Shown here: one piece after another, positions 37,780-50,161 of the stretch | Layout of the letters: every line of letters begins with the position of its first letter | Position numbering within the stretch: the first letter of the stretch is position 1 | Assembly (NCBI RefSeq): GCF_017348835.2 | Contig: NZ_CP071375.1 | DNA: 64,000 nucleotides | Direction: 5' to 3' (one strand) | From: Escherichia coli | Lineage (GTDB): Bacteria; Pseudomonadota; Gammaproteobacteria; Enterobacterales; Enterobacteriaceae | The notes under the pieces: model-generated | Seen by the model: only the letters and a program-made list of their open reading frames with translations | The model's database searches: none | Told to the model about the DNA's origin: nothing | Made by a program: the position numbers and the translations under genes

Positions 37780-38508
37780 TCAGGAAAAGGTACCTGGCGA
37801 ATGTTGCGCAAACTGATGTGGCGTTACACCATAATATTGTCGAAATGTGTTTATAAAGTACGACGTACTGCTATAGCCACATTTTTCTGCAATAGTATGC
37901 AGAGGAATTTGACGTAACTCGAGTAATCGTCTGGCCATCGACATCCTGGAAGCGAGTAATATTTTACTGAAACAGGTATTTTCATCCTGCAACTTTTTTT
38001 TGATTAGACTCTCGCTGGTATACATTCTTTCCGCAATATCGCGCAGATACCAACGTTTGGCGATATCAAAGCTAATAAGGCGTTCAACTTTTCCTGAAAC
38101 AGTACTGATACTATTGAAAAGTAAGGGGATCAGTTCTTTCTTATGAGAAAACATCGATAAACAGGAAAGATAGAGCATTTTGCTCAGTATCGGCGAATTT
38201 ACCCCGGAGTCATTGAAACTATCAAAAATCGCCGTCACCAGCGGCATGGGGGGTGACTGGTTAATTAACAGACGGTCTTTGCTATGTAACCCTAAATTGC
38301 GTGGTAGCTGACGAATATTTTGTAAGTAATGGCAAACTGTCAGCTCATCGATATCCAGCCGTCGCGTATCCGGTGAACAAAACGCAAAATCGTCTGCCAA
38401 ATTTTTATCCAGCAGCAGGATACTCTCGTTATGCAGCGATATTTTTTGCTGTTCATGATAAATATCGAATGAACGACGAATGAGGATCACCGAGCAGACA
38501 TGAGTCAT
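37780..38508 (-). CDS. gadW: AraC-family regulator GadW
   Basis: A 242-aa ORF with a C-terminal AraC HTH. Recognised as GadW (YhiW). Confidence 0.95.
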   Translation of the reverse strand: MTHVCSVILIRRSFDIYHEQQKISLHNESILLLDKNLADDFAFCSPDTRRLDIDELTVCHYLQNIRQLPRNLGLHSKDRLLINQSPPMPLVTAIFDSFNDSGVNSPILSKMLYLSCLSMFSHKKELIPLLFNSISTVSGKVERLISFDIAKRWYLRDIAERMYTSESLIKKKLQDENTCFSKILLASRMSMARRLLELRQIPLHTIAEKCGYSSTSYFINTFRQYYGVTPHQFAQHSPGTFS

Positions 38509-38753
38509 GATTATCCCTTATATTTCATACTGCGATTATTTCAATTTCAGTATACTAATGAAATGATGCCAGACTGTTTCTTAGCGCAAAAACTGCCAGA
38601 TTTGGTAGGACCAAAATTTATCCACAAAGTAGTTTTGCATAACAGTTAATTGATAATAAGTAAATGCAACACGAATATATTTTCGCACAGCGTATAGCTT
38701 ATGTTTATAAAAAAATGGCTGATCTTATTTCCAGTAAAAGTTATATTTAACTT

Positions 38754-38859
38754 ACTGAGAGCACAAAGTTTCCCGTGCCAACAGGGAGTGTTATAACGGT
38801 TTATTAGTCTGGAGACGGCAGACTATCCTCTTCCCGGTCCCCTATGCCGGGTTTTTTTT
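38754..38859 (+). ncRNA. gadY: GadY small RNA (antisense to the gadX 3' UTR)
   Basis: ACTGAGAGCACAAAGTTTCCCGTGCCAACAGGGAGTGTTATAACGGTTTATTAGTCTGGAGACGGCAGACTATCCTCTTCCCGGTCCCCTATGCCGGGTTTTTTTT matches the GadY sequence as I recall it. It ends in a hairpin plus a T run, 17 nt from the gadX stop on the opposite strand. Confidence 0.85.
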
Positions 38860-38875
38860 ATGTCTGAGTAAAATT

Positions 38876-39700
38876 CTATAATCTTATTCCTTCCGCAGAA
38901 CAGTCAGTGCCGTAAAAATTCCCTTGCGCAACAATACTTGCCGCCGAGTCACGGTTCGACAATCTCTGCGCCGATCGCTCCTGATACTCTGTGGGCGTCA
39001 TCCCATAATAATTTCGAAAGACGTAAATGAAATACGACACGCTGTGATATCCACAGGATACTGCAACTCGCTTAATTGAAAAACCATGTATAACAATAAG
39101 TTGCAAAGCACGTTGCATTCTACACTCAGTAAGCAACTGTGAATATGATGTCTCTTCTTCGCGCAATTTTTTCTTTAACAGACTTGGACTCATCAACAGC
39201 TCGCTGGCGATTCGGGCTAGTGTCCACTCATGGGCGATATTATTATTGATAACCGTACAAACTCGTGTTCGCATGTTCGGTTGTAAAACGTTCAGAAGCA
39301 GCGGTATAAAGTGCTCATCCTCAAGAAAAACAGATAACAACGCAAAGATTAATGCTCTTTTACGTAGCATTTCTGCATAGCGAAGATTCTTATTCTGCGA
39401 TAGTTGCGCAACTTCCTGAAAAACAGGAATATCTCTGCTACAGTGATGAACGAGTAATGAAGAAACTTTTTTATGTGCATGAAGATTTAATGCCTCCTCC
39501 TTGAGCATCGGGAGAAATAATGAAAGTGTGTCCCTTGACACAAATACAAAATTTTCAACACACTTATCTACTCGAATTTGGCTTGCATCCGCAAAAACCA
39601 AGTCACCGCCATTAAAATAGCGATATTCACCATTAACCATGGTGAGAATATATTTATGTCTTGCGTACGCAATTAGACAATTCCCATGTAGTGATTGCAT
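38876..39700 (-). CDS. gadX: AraC-family regulator GadX
   Basis: A 274-aa ORF, MQSLHGNCLIAYARHKYILTMVNGEYRYFNGGDLVFADASQIRV..., recognised as GadX (YhiX). Confidence 0.95.
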   Translation of the reverse strand: MQSLHGNCLIAYARHKYILTMVNGEYRYFNGGDLVFADASQIRVDKCVENFVFVSRDTLSLFLPMLKEEALNLHAHKKVSSLLVHHCSRDIPVFQEVAQLSQNKNLRYAEMLRKRALIFALLSVFLEDEHFIPLLLNVLQPNMRTRVCTVINNNIAHEWTLARIASELLMSPSLLKKKLREEETSYSQLLTECRMQRALQLIVIHGFSIKRVAVSCGYHSVSYFIYVFRNYYGMTPTEYQERSAQRLSNRDSAASIVAQGNFYGTDCSAEGIRL

Positions 39701-40009
39701 AGTTGGCTTAATATTACATAAACATATTACTGTTTATTAATGTAGCACGCCGCCCTCTTAAGTCAAATTGATTGATAAATAAATTTAAACGAAGCGGGAG
39801 AACAGGATGATAATGTGTGATGTTCTACGGGCAGGATGACTGGATTTATAATACAAATACGTGTTTAAGAACGCAGGGAAATTAATAGTAAGCAAATAAT
39901 CCCTTTTCGTGACATTAAAGGCAATCGCTACATTTAATAAACATTCATATAACATATATCTTATCAACACGATGAATAGACAGCCAATATATTATTGCGA
40001 TTAATAAGC

Positions 40010-40056
40010 AACCGAATGCCCAGCTGTTTTTTTAAAGGCTGGGCATTCGGTTTTTA
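40010..40056. terminator. large hairpin downstream of gadA
   Basis: AACCGAATGCCCAGC pairs with GCTGGGCATTCGGTT as a 15-bp perfect stem around a T-rich loop. A T run follows on the + strand. Confidence 0.6.
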
Positions 40057-40069
40057 CAACGTTATGTTA

Positions 40070-41470
40070 TCAGGTGTGTTTAAAGCTGTTCTGCTGGGCA
40101 ATACCCTGCAGTTTCGGGTGATCGCTGAGATATTTCAGGGAGGCTTTGTAGTCTTCCAGCAACAGTTCAGCAAAGTCCATTTCGAAGCCGCGACGACACA
40201 TAATGCGCATCACCACGATGTCGGTGGCTTCACCGCCGAGAGTGAAGGCCGGAACCTGCCAGCCGCGCAGACGCAGACGTTCAGAGAGGTCGTACAGGGT
40301 GTATCCCGGATCTTCACCATCTTTCAGTTTGAAGCAAACCGCCGGGATGCCTTCGTCCGGGCGACCCGTACAGATGAACTCATACGGCCCCAGTTTGGCG
40401 ATTTCATCCGCCAGATAGGCAGCGACCTGGTAGGAAGCATTCTGTACTTTGGTATAGCCTTCACGACCAAGGCGCAGGAATTCATAGTACTGTGCAATCA
40501 CCTGACCTGCCGGGCGGGAGAAGTTGATGGCGAAAGTACCAATCTGACCCCCCAGGTAGTCAACGTTGAACACCAGTTCCTGCGGCAGCGCTTCTTCGTC
40601 ACGCCAGATAACCCAGCCGCAGCCCAGAGGAGCCAGACCGAATTTATGGCCTGAAGCACTGATCGATTTCACACGCGGCAGGCGGAAGTCCCAGACGATA
40701 TCCGGGGCGACGAACGGTGCCAGAAAGCCACCGCTGGCGGCGTCGATGTGCATGTCGATGTCGATACCGGTGTCGGCCTGGAATTTATCCAGCGCATCGT
40801 GCAGCGGTTGCGGGAACTCATAGTTACCGGTGTAGGTCACGCCGAAAGTCGGCACCACGCCGATGGTGTTTTCGTCGCAGGCTTCAATCATGCGTTTCGG
40901 GTCCATAAACAACTGACCGGGGCGCATAGGGATCTCACGCAGCTCCACATCCCAGTAGCGGGCGAATTTATGCCAGCAGATTTGTACCGGACCGCACACC
41001 AGGTTTGGTTTATCCGTTGGTTTGCCTGCAGCTTCCATACGCTTGCGCCAACGCCATTTCATCGCCATCCCGCCGAGCATACAGGCCTCGGAAGAACCAA
41101 TGGTGTTGGTGCCAACGGCCTGACCATTTTTCGGCGCAGGCGCATGCCACAGATCGGCAACCATGTTTACGCAACGCAGGTCGATGGCTGCGGATTGCGG
41201 ATATTCTTCTTTGTCGATCCAGTTTTTATTGATCGACAAATCCATCAATTTATGGACGTTTTCGTCGTCCCAGGTCTGGCAGAAAGTGGCCAGGTTCTGA
41301 CGAGCGTTGCCATCAAGATATAATTCATCATTGATAATCTGGAATGCGACATCATCGCGCATTTCGTGCAGCGGAAATCGTTTTGACTCCGCGATAGTAG
41401 AAATGGCCTTTGCGCCAAAACGTGAATCGAGTAGTTCTGAGCGGAAATCCGTTAACAGCTTCTGGTCCAT
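40070..41470 (-). CDS. gadA: glutamate decarboxylase alpha (PLP-dependent)
   Basis: The ORF track extends to 41533. The ATG at 41470 gives 466 aa beginning [40 protein letters not shown]. The PLP lysine context [10 protein letters not shown] is present. Linkage to gadX supports gadA rather than gadB. Confidence 0.95.
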   Translation of the reverse strand: MDQKLLTDFRSELLDSRFGAKAISTIAESKRFPLHEMRDDVAFQIINDELYLDGNARQNLATFCQTWDDENVHKLMDLSINKNWIDKEEYPQSAAIDLRCVNMVADLWHAPAPKNGQAVGTNTIGSSEACMLGGMAMKWRWRKRMEAAGKPTDKPNLVCGPVQICWHKFARYWDVELREIPMRPGQLFMDPKRMIEACDENTIGVVPTFGVTYTGNYEFPQPLHDALDKFQADTGIDIDMHIDAASGGFLAPFVAPDIVWDFRLPRVKSISASGHKFGLAPLGCGWVIWRDEEALPQELVFNVDYLGGQIGTFAINFSRPAGQVIAQYYEFLRLGREGYTKVQNASYQVAAYLADEIAKLGPYEFICTGRPDEGIPAVCFKLKDGEDPGYTLYDLSERLRLRGWQVPAFTLGGEATDIVVMRIMCRRGFEMDFAELLLEDYKASLKYLSDHPKLQGIAQQNSFKHT

Positions 41471-41549
41471 TTCGAACTCCTTAAATTTATTTGAAGGCAA
41501 TAAAAAAGTAGGATTTATCCGCAATGGAAGCAAGGCATTACAGGCTTAA

Positions 41550-41569
41550 TTTAAATAACAAAATCCTAA
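41550..41569 (-). promoter_or_regulatory. GAD box (GadE/GadX-GadW responsive element) of the gadA promoter
   Basis: The reverse complement reads TTAGGATTTTGTTATTTAAA, an exact match to the 20-bp GAD box consensus as I recall it. It lies about 80-100 nt upstream of the gadA ATG. Confidence 0.85.
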
Positions 41570-41680
41570 GCAGAAAAACTACTTTTTATAATATAAACAT
41601 TTAACATGATAATATTAAAAACAGACTTTATTATCGTAATAAAAATCGCCCAAACATTCCTGTTCGGGCGATCAAATTAA

Positions 41681-43078
41681 TTATTGTTTATCCTGCATAT
41701 ACGGCGTGTACACCCCGTTCAGACTGTGCAGGAAAGCTACGATATCATCCACATCCTCCTGCGGCAGCTCTTTGCCTACCTGATAGCGCAACATCAGTTT
41801 CACCGCCCCGTCCAGCGTCGGCACGTCACCGCGATGGAAGTACGGTGCCGTTAAAGCAACGTTACGTAAACCGGGTACTTTCTGACGCAATTTATCACGC
41901 TCTTCTTTAGTCACATTCATACGACCAATATCCGCCGCCGTAATTTCCCCAAAGTTAAAGTCTTTTTTCAGCCCCAACGGTTCAAAGGAACGTCCGCCGA
42001 GAATAATTCCACCATGACAAGTTGCACATTTATTATCTTTAAATAATTGATAGCCTTTTTTCTGTTGCGCCGTCAGCGCATTCTCATCTCCACGCAACCA
42101 TTTATCAAATGGGGAATCCGGCGTAATTAATGTTTTCTCAAATTCAGCAATGGCATCAGTAATATTTTCGCCACTGAAACCTTGCGGATAGACGTCGAGG
42201 AACTGCGCTTTAAGCTGCGGATCTTTTTCCAGCTTAGCAATAATTTCGTCCCAGGATTTTGACGCCATTTCAATCGGGTTCAACGGCGGTCCACCAGCCT
42301 GATCCTGCAATGTTGCCGCACGACCATCCCAGAACTGCTCAACGTTAAATACTGAATTAAATACCGTCGGCGCGTTAATCGGCCCAACTGCGCCACCAAC
42401 ACCAATCGATGTTTTTCTGCCATCGACGCCCCCCGCATTCAACGCATGGCAATGAGCGCATGAAATGGTGTTATCTGCCGATAAACGGGGATCGTGATAC
42501 AGCGCAAAGCCCAACGCCACTTTTTGCGCATCGGTAGGCAGTTTTTGCGGGATGGGCTGCACCGGTTCATTGCGATGCTCCGGAGCAGTATCATTACTGG
42601 CGTAATATTCTGCGCGCTGTTTTGCAATCCAGGCCAGTATTTCCGCCCGCTCTTCATCACTCACCTTACCCGCCCAGTGAAGCGCGGTATAACGCGTTGG
42701 CGGCATAGTTTCATACTGCATCACCCATTCAATCTTATTCAGATCGCTTTGCGAAACGGGTTTATCAGCCAGCAGAGCAGCACGCACGGCCTCGAGGTTA
42801 AAAGATTTATATCCAAGCTTAATGTCGTAATCCATCAACTGTTTCGCGCCAGGAATATAATAATAGGCGGGTAATTCTGCCGAAGGCGTGTGGCAATAGT
42901 CGCATCCTTTTTCGCGGAGAAAGCCTAAAACCTTATTATTTTCACTGACAGCAGATGCCTGAACATCGGCCTGTTTACTGCGTTTATTATCGTGGTACCA
43001 CACATAACCAGATAACCCTAAATAGCAAATCGCGACGCCAGCCAGGCCGATCGCGGTAATACGTGAGACCATTTTCAT
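41681..43078 (-). CDS. yhjA: membrane-anchored tri-heme cytochrome c peroxidase YhjA (Ccp)
   Basis: A 465-aa ORF with an N-terminal TM anchor and three CxxCH motifs (CDYCH, CAHCH, CATCH). Recognised as YhjA. Confidence 0.93.
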   Translation of the reverse strand: MKMVSRITAIGLAGVAICYLGLSGYVWYHDNKRSKQADVQASAVSENNKVLGFLREKGCDYCHTPSAELPAYYYIPGAKQLMDYDIKLGYKSFNLEAVRAALLADKPVSQSDLNKIEWVMQYETMPPTRYTALHWAGKVSDEERAEILAWIAKQRAEYYASNDTAPEHRNEPVQPIPQKLPTDAQKVALGFALYHDPRLSADNTISCAHCHALNAGGVDGRKTSIGVGGAVGPINAPTVFNSVFNVEQFWDGRAATLQDQAGGPPLNPIEMASKSWDEIIAKLEKDPQLKAQFLDVYPQGFSGENITDAIAEFEKTLITPDSPFDKWLRGDENALTAQQKKGYQLFKDNKCATCHGGIILGGRSFEPLGLKKDFNFGEITAADIGRMNVTKEERDKLRQKVPGLRNVALTAPYFHRGDVPTLDGAVKLMLRYQVGKELPQEDVDDIVAFLHSLNGVYTPYMQDKQ

Positions 43079-43185
43079 TATTCTTCCCTCACGGTGGTGA
43101 GTTATTGTGACCCAGAAAATTTTCCAGAATGCTGCAAACGTCTCTGCGAGACAAAGCCATCATAAAAAACAGGGAGATACACTTT

Positions 43186-43199
43186 TTGATAGGAATCAA
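43186..43199. promoter_or_regulatory. FNR binding site upstream of yhjA
   Basis: TTGATAGGAATCAA is a perfect match to TTGAT-N4-ATCAA. It is centred about 114 nt upstream of the yhjA ATG. yhjA is known to be FNR/OxyR controlled. Confidence 0.75.
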
Positions 43200-43451
43200 T
43201 CAATTACATGAATATAAACTATCAATAAGATAGCCTGTGCCTATTACCCAGATCAGGAATGGCATATCATGATTGCGGCGAGAGCAGGATTGAATGTTCT
43301 GAAAATGAAAAACAACACGAAATCTGTATTTTTATAAATTCCATTGATATTAGTGCGTTATATTTTTTGACAGGTTAATAAACGTGATCCACCGCACGCT
43401 TTGTCGCCCACCAGGCGGAGCGAATGACTACCCTTAAAGAAAAGCCGATAA

Positions 43452-45131
<1,680 letters not shown>

Positions 45132-45181
45132 TATTTTTACAGCCAGCCGCTAACTTCCTGCTGGCTGTAAAATTATCCTCT

Positions 45182-45784
45182 TCAGGAGGAGATATTTAAC
45201 ATCATTGCCGCCTGGGTGCGATTTTTCACTTCCAGACGGCGATACAGGGATTCCAGATGCGCTTTTACCGTTCCGGTACTGATATTCAGCGCTCTGCCGA
45301 TCTCCTTATTTGATTCGCCCGCCGCTAACATGGTTAAAATCTCCCGCTGGCGGGCGCTTAACGATTTGAGATCTTTAATGTCCTTTTCCGGCGTCGTCCG
45401 CCAGTCTCCAGGCAGAAACATCATCCCCATCGCCGCACTATTTACCGCCAACGCAAATGTCTCGACGGTTGAATCACGAGGCACAATGGCCAGCACATTA
45501 AAATGGATAACTTCCTGTAACCACCGTTTATTGCAATCCGTCGCCGTAATTAACACCTTAACCTCAGGAAATTGCACCACGGTTTTTTGCAGCAACCAGT
45601 AGCAAAACTCACCATCCTGATCGCCATCGAGCATAACTAAGGCTTCAGGGTAACTTTCCAGCTTTTGCCATAACTCGTCTGCCTGACTGGCCCCCTGAAT
45701 ACTCACTCCTGGAATACGCTGCTGTAAACTGATTTTCATTCCATGAATAAATATTGACTGCCTGTCAAACATGACTATTTGCAT
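45182..45784 (-). CDS. yhjB: orphan LuxR/NarL-type response-regulator-like protein YhjB
   Basis: A 200-aa ORF with a receiver-like N-terminus and a C-terminal LuxR HTH (LSARQREILTMLAAGESNKEIGRALNISTGTVKAHL). Recognised as YhjB. Confidence 0.9.
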   Translation of the reverse strand: MQIVMFDRQSIFIHGMKISLQQRIPGVSIQGASQADELWQKLESYPEALVMLDGDQDGEFCYWLLQKTVVQFPEVKVLITATDCNKRWLQEVIHFNVLAIVPRDSTVETFALAVNSAAMGMMFLPGDWRTTPEKDIKDLKSLSARQREILTMLAAGESNKEIGRALNISTGTVKAHLESLYRRLEVKNRTQAAMMLNISS

Positions 45785-46303
45785 AACTGAATCTCCACCT
45801 GAATACGTTAAAAAGACTTAAGTAGTGGAAGGGTATTACCTGCGAGAAAAAATAAGAATTCGCCATTTGGCGGTGGCCATTCTACAGAGATGACGCGTAG
45901 AAAATAGTTACCGATATAAATAGTTACAGCTAAACGCCTGAAATTACATGTCGAGGGCACTATTTAAAATAATTTTGAGGATTTCCTTATATTGATGGTT
46001 AGTACGCATGCAATTAAAAATGAAATTCCGCGACCACAAGCCAAAATAACAAACGGCAATGAGACAAAAATAAGCACAAATAGCCAATACGTCCTCTATT
46101 CACTTTAAAGGGAATCGCTGAAAAATACGCTCTGTTTAAGGGGATTCACCTTTCTCAGAAAGCTATTCCGCCCTTTTCCTGCTGAGAAATCGCCACATTC
46201 GTCATGACAACATTGTGAAACCCGGCATTAGATGTTAGAAAAAACAATAAACAATGCGATATGCGCGTTACTGTTTCGCTGTGAACAACAATCGGTCAAA
46301 GAA

Positions 46304-47203
46304 ATGGATAAAATTCACGCAATGCAGTTGTTCATCAAAGTCGCGGAGCTGGAAAGTTTTTCCCGCGCGGCGGATTTCTTTGCTTTGCCAAAGGGAAGTG
46401 TTTCGCGCCAGATACAGGCACTGGAACATCAACTTGGCACCCAGCTTCTCCAGCGCACCACGCGACGGGTCAAACTCACGCCAGAAGGCATGACCTATTA
46501 TCAACGGGCAAAAGATGTGTTGAGTAATCTCAGCGAACTGGACGGTCTGTTTCAACAGGATGCCACCAGTATCAGCGGTAAATTACGCATCGACATCCCG
46601 CCAGGAATCGCGAAAAGCCTGTTACTGCCGCGCCTGTCGGAATTTCTCTATCAGCATCCGGGAATTGAGCTGGAACTGAGTAGCCATGACCGTCCGGTAG
46701 ATATTCTTCATGATGGTTTTGATTGCGTGATACGCACTGGCGCGTTACCGGAAGATGGCGTTATCGCCCGTCCCCTCGGCAAACTGACCATGGTCAACTG
46801 TGCCAGTCCGCACTATCTGACGCGCTTTGGTTATCCGCAAAGCCCCGATGATCTGACTTCACACGCAATAGTGCGTTATACACCGCACCTGGGTGTACAT
46901 CCGTTAGGTTTTGAGGTTGCCAGCGTTAATGGCGTCCAGTGGTTTAAGTCTGGCGGCATGTTGACGGTAAACAGTAGCGAAAACTATCTCGCCGCCGGTC
47001 TTGCCGGTCTGGGGATTATTCAGATCCCGCGCATTGCCGTGCGCGAAGCCCTGCGTGCCGGGCGGCTTATTGAAGTGTTGCCAGGCTACCGTGCCGAGCC
47101 GCTCTCCCTTTCGCTGGTTTATCCGCAGCGTCGGGAGCTTTCCCGGCGTGTAAACCTGTTTATGCAGTGGCTGGCTGGCGTAATGAAAGAGTACCTGGAC
47201 TGA
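46304..47203 (+). CDS. yhjC: LysR-family transcriptional regulator YhjC
   Basis: The ORF track starts at 46232. The ATG at 46304 gives 299 aa beginning MDKIHAMQLFIKVAELESFSRAADFFALPKGSVSRQIQALE (LysR HTH). Recognised as YhjC. Confidence 0.9.
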   Translation: MDKIHAMQLFIKVAELESFSRAADFFALPKGSVSRQIQALEHQLGTQLLQRTTRRVKLTPEGMTYYQRAKDVLSNLSELDGLFQQDATSISGKLRIDIPPGIAKSLLLPRLSEFLYQHPGIELELSSHDRPVDILHDGFDCVIRTGALPEDGVIARPLGKLTMVNCASPHYLTRFGYPQSPDDLTSHAIVRYTPHLGVHPLGFEVASVNGVQWFKSGGMLTVNSSENYLAAGLAGLGIIQIPRIAVREALRAGRLIEVLPGYRAEPLSLSLVYPQRRELSRRVNLFMQWLAGVMKEYLD

Positions 47204-47251
47204 CCGACTATACTTTTTAAGAATGACCACGACAGAAGGACAAAAGAGCGG

Positions 47252-48265
47252 ATGACGCAGGAAAACGAGATCAAACGTCCCACCCAGGATCTGGAGCACG
47301 AGCCGATTAAGCCGTTGGATAATAGCGAGAAAGGCGGCAAAGTTAGCCAGGCGCTGGAAACCGTCACCACCACTGCCGAAAAAGTCCAACGCCAACCAAT
47401 TATTGCGCACCTTATTCGCGCGACAGAACGCTTTAACGATCGGCTGGGTAACCAGTTTGGTGCGGCTATCACCTATTTCTCATTTTTGTCGATGATCCCG
47501 ATTTTGATGGTGTCGTTTGCCGCAGGGGGCTTTGTACTGGCCTCCCATCCGATGTTGCTACAGGATATCTTCGACAAAATTCTGCAAAACATCAGCGATC
47601 CGACGCTAGCCGCCACGTTGAAAAACACCATCAACACCGCCGTTCAGCAGCGTACGACTGTAGGGCTTGTCGGCCTGGCGGTGGCGCTTTATTCCGGCAT
47701 CAACTGGATGGGTAACCTGCGTGAAGCGATTCGCGCCCAGTCGCGCGATGTCTGGGAACGCTCGCCGCAAGATCAGGAGAAGTTCTGGGTAAAATATCTG
47801 CGTGATTTTATTTCGCTGATTGGTTTGTTGATTGCGCTGATTGTGACGCTTTCGATCACCTCGGTTGCCGGTTCGGCGCAGCAAATGATTATTAGCGCCC
47901 TGCACCTGAACAGCATTGAGTGGCTGAAACCGACGTGGCGGTTGATTGGCCTGGCGATTTCCATCTTCGCCAACTATCTGCTTTTCTTCTGGATCTTCTG
48001 GCGGTTGCCGCGCCACCGTCCGCGCAGAAAAGCCCTGATTCGCGGAACATTTCTGGCTGCTATTGGTTTTGAAGTGATTAAAATCGTGATGACCTACACC
48101 TTGCCATCGTTGATGAAATCCCCCTCTGGCGCAGCATTTGGTTCCGTGCTGGGGCTGATGGCATTTTTCTACTTCTTCGCCCGTTTGACGCTGTTTTGCG
48201 CGGCGTGGATTGCCACCGCCGAATATAAAGACGACCCGCGAATGCCGGGGAAAACGCAGCCTTAA
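47252..48265 (+). CDS. yhjD: inner-membrane protein YhjD (YihY/BrkB family)
   Basis: A 337-aa polytopic ORF recognised as YhjD. Confidence 0.9.
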   Translation: MTQENEIKRPTQDLEHEPIKPLDNSEKGGKVSQALETVTTTAEKVQRQPIIAHLIRATERFNDRLGNQFGAAITYFSFLSMIPILMVSFAAGGFVLASHPMLLQDIFDKILQNISDPTLAATLKNTINTAVQQRTTVGLVGLAVALYSGINWMGNLREAIRAQSRDVWERSPQDQEKFWVKYLRDFISLIGLLIALIVTLSITSVAGSAQQMIISALHLNSIEWLKPTWRLIGLAISIFANYLLFFWIFWRLPRHRPRRKALIRGTFLAAIGFEVIKIVMTYTLPSLMKSPSGAAFGSVLGLMAFFYFFARLTLFCAAWIATAEYKDDPRMPGKTQP

Positions 48266-48268
48266 AAT

Positions 48269-48346
48269 AGGCCGGATGCGGCGTACGAATTTATTCGGCC
48301 TGGCTCCCCGTAGGCCGGATAAGATGCGCCAGCATCGCATCCGGCT
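48269..48346. repeat. REP element pair
   Basis: AGGCCGGATGCGGCGTACGAATTTATTCGGCCTG and GTAGGCCGGATAAGATGCGCCAGCATCGCATCCGGC follow the yhjD stop. Confidence 0.85.
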
Positions 48347-48657
48347 ATAATGCGCACATAACCTCTTGAAACTCTTCCCCAGAGCCTCTTCAGCCATCTA
48401 TTTGGGAGCAAACAATTTCATGCCAACTCATAACCCCAGCATATAAATCCAGTTGGTAACTTTTATTTAACCTGAAACCAGTTTTATCCACCATTTATAA
48501 AATTATGTGAAGCATTTCATAGAAGAAAAATCACTGGCCTAAACATTATCCCCTTTTTGCCTTATTTTTGACCATTTCCGCGATTTGTTACACATTGAAA
48601 TATCACTTTTGCTGTGCGTAATATGGCTATTCGTTAGCCAAAAAATAAGAAAAGATT

Positions 48658-49980
48658 ATGCAAGCAACAGCCACAACACTCGACCACGAGCAAGAATACA
48701 CGCCGATCAACTCGCGTAATAAAGTCCTTGTCGCCTCTCTCATTGGCACGGCCATTGAGTTCTTCGACTTTTACATTTACGCCACTGCGGCCGTTATTGT
48801 GTTTCCGCATATCTTCTTCCCGCAGGGCGATCCTACGGCAGCAACGCTACAGTCGCTCGCCACCTTCGCCATCGCCTTCGTCGCGCGCCCCATTGGCTCT
48901 GCCGTATTTGGTCATTTTGGCGATCGCGTTGGGCGTAAAGCGACGCTGGTCGCCTCGTTGCTAACGATGGGGATTTCGACCGTGGTGATTGGTCTGCTGC
49001 CGGGCTATGCCACGATTGGTATTTTCGCCCCGCTGCTGCTGGCGCTGGCTCGATTTGGTCAGGGTCTGGGCTTAGGCGGTGAATGGGGCGGCGCGGCGCT
49101 GCTGGCGACTGAAAACGCCCCACCGCGCAAACGTGCACTGTATGGCTCCTTCCCACAGCTGGGCGCACCGATTGGCTTCTTCTTTGCCAACGGCACTTTC
49201 TTGCTGCTTTCCTGGCTACTGACCGATGAGCAGTTTATGAGCTGGGGCTGGCGTGTGCCATTTATCTTCTCGGCGGTGCTGGTCATTATCGGCCTGTATG
49301 TTCGCGTGTCGCTGCATGAGTCGCCGGTGTTTGAGAAAGTCGCTAAAGCGAAAAAACAGGTGAAGATCCCGCTGGGTACGCTGCTGACCAAACATGTTCG
49401 CGTAACCGTACTGGGTACGTTCATTATGCTGGCAACCTATACGCTGTTTTACATCATGACGGTCTACTCTATGACCTTCAGTACCGCCGCCGCGCCAGTT
49501 GGGCTTGGCCTGCCGCGTAACGAAGTGTTGTGGATGCTGATGATGGCAGTTATTGGTTTTGGCGTGATGGTGCCAGTCGCCGGATTACTGGCTGATGCCT
49601 TTGGTCGCCGTAAAAGCATGGTAATTATCACCACGCTGATCATTCTGTTCGCGCTGTTCGCCTTTAACCCGCTGCTCGGTTCTGGCAACCCGATTCTGGT
49701 TTTTGCCTTCCTGCTGCTGGGGTTAAGTCTGATGGGTCTGACCTTCGGGCCAATGGGTGCGCTGTTACCAGAGCTGTTTCCGACAGAAGTGCGTTACACC
49801 GGAGCATCGTTCTCTTACAACGTAGCGTCGATTCTCGGGGCTTCCGTTGCGCCGTATATCGCAGCCTGGTTGCAGACTAACTACGGGTTAGGTGCGGTGG
49901 GGTTATATCTGGCGGCGATGGCTGGCTTGACGTTAATCGCCCTGCTGCTGACCCATGAGACGCGACATCAGTCGTTGTAA
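48658..49980 (+). CDS. yhjE: MFS metabolite:H+ symporter-family transporter YhjE
   Basis: A 440-aa ORF with 12 predicted TM segments and the MFS motif GHFGDRVGRK. Recognised as YhjE. Confidence 0.92.
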   Translation: MQATATTLDHEQEYTPINSRNKVLVASLIGTAIEFFDFYIYATAAVIVFPHIFFPQGDPTAATLQSLATFAIAFVARPIGSAVFGHFGDRVGRKATLVASLLTMGISTVVIGLLPGYATIGIFAPLLLALARFGQGLGLGGEWGGAALLATENAPPRKRALYGSFPQLGAPIGFFFANGTFLLLSWLLTDEQFMSWGWRVPFIFSAVLVIIGLYVRVSLHESPVFEKVAKAKKQVKIPLGTLLTKHVRVTVLGTFIMLATYTLFYIMTVYSMTFSTAAAPVGLGLPRNEVLWMLMMAVIGFGVMVPVAGLLADAFGRRKSMVIITTLIILFALFAFNPLLGSGNPILVFAFLLLGLSLMGLTFGPMGALLPELFPTEVRYTGASFSYNVASILGASVAPYIAAWLQTNYGLGAVGLYLAAMAGLTLIALLLTHETRHQSL

Positions 49981-49992
49981 TAAGAGTGAAAA

Positions 49993-50092
49993 GCCTGATG
50001 CGCTACGTTTATCAGGCCTGAATTTCCATACAATATATTGAATTCGCAAGGATTTGTAGGCCGGATAAGGCGTTCACGCCGCATCCGGCATG
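49993..50092. repeat. REP/BIME element
   Basis: GCCTGATGCGCTACGTTTATCAGGCCTG and GTAGGCCGGATAAGGCGTTCACGCCGCATCCGGCA are REP units. Confidence 0.9.
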
Positions 50093-50128
50093 AACAAAGC
50101 ACACTTTGCCAACAATCTAAATCTGTTT

Positions 50129-50157
50129 AATTGCCGGATGTCAGACATCCGGCAATT
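50129..50157. terminator. palindromic hairpin between convergent yhjE and yhjG
   Basis: AATTGCCGGATGTC-A-GACATCCGGCAATT is a near-perfect 14-bp palindrome. It has no clear U tract on either strand. Confidence 0.4.
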
Positions 50158-50161
50158 ATCA

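Noticed and set aside
39785-39970. A 61-codon minus-strand ORF between gadX and gadA.
   Set aside because: It lies in the extremely AT-rich gadX promoter region, has no SD and has an implausible composition. It is most likely regulatory DNA.
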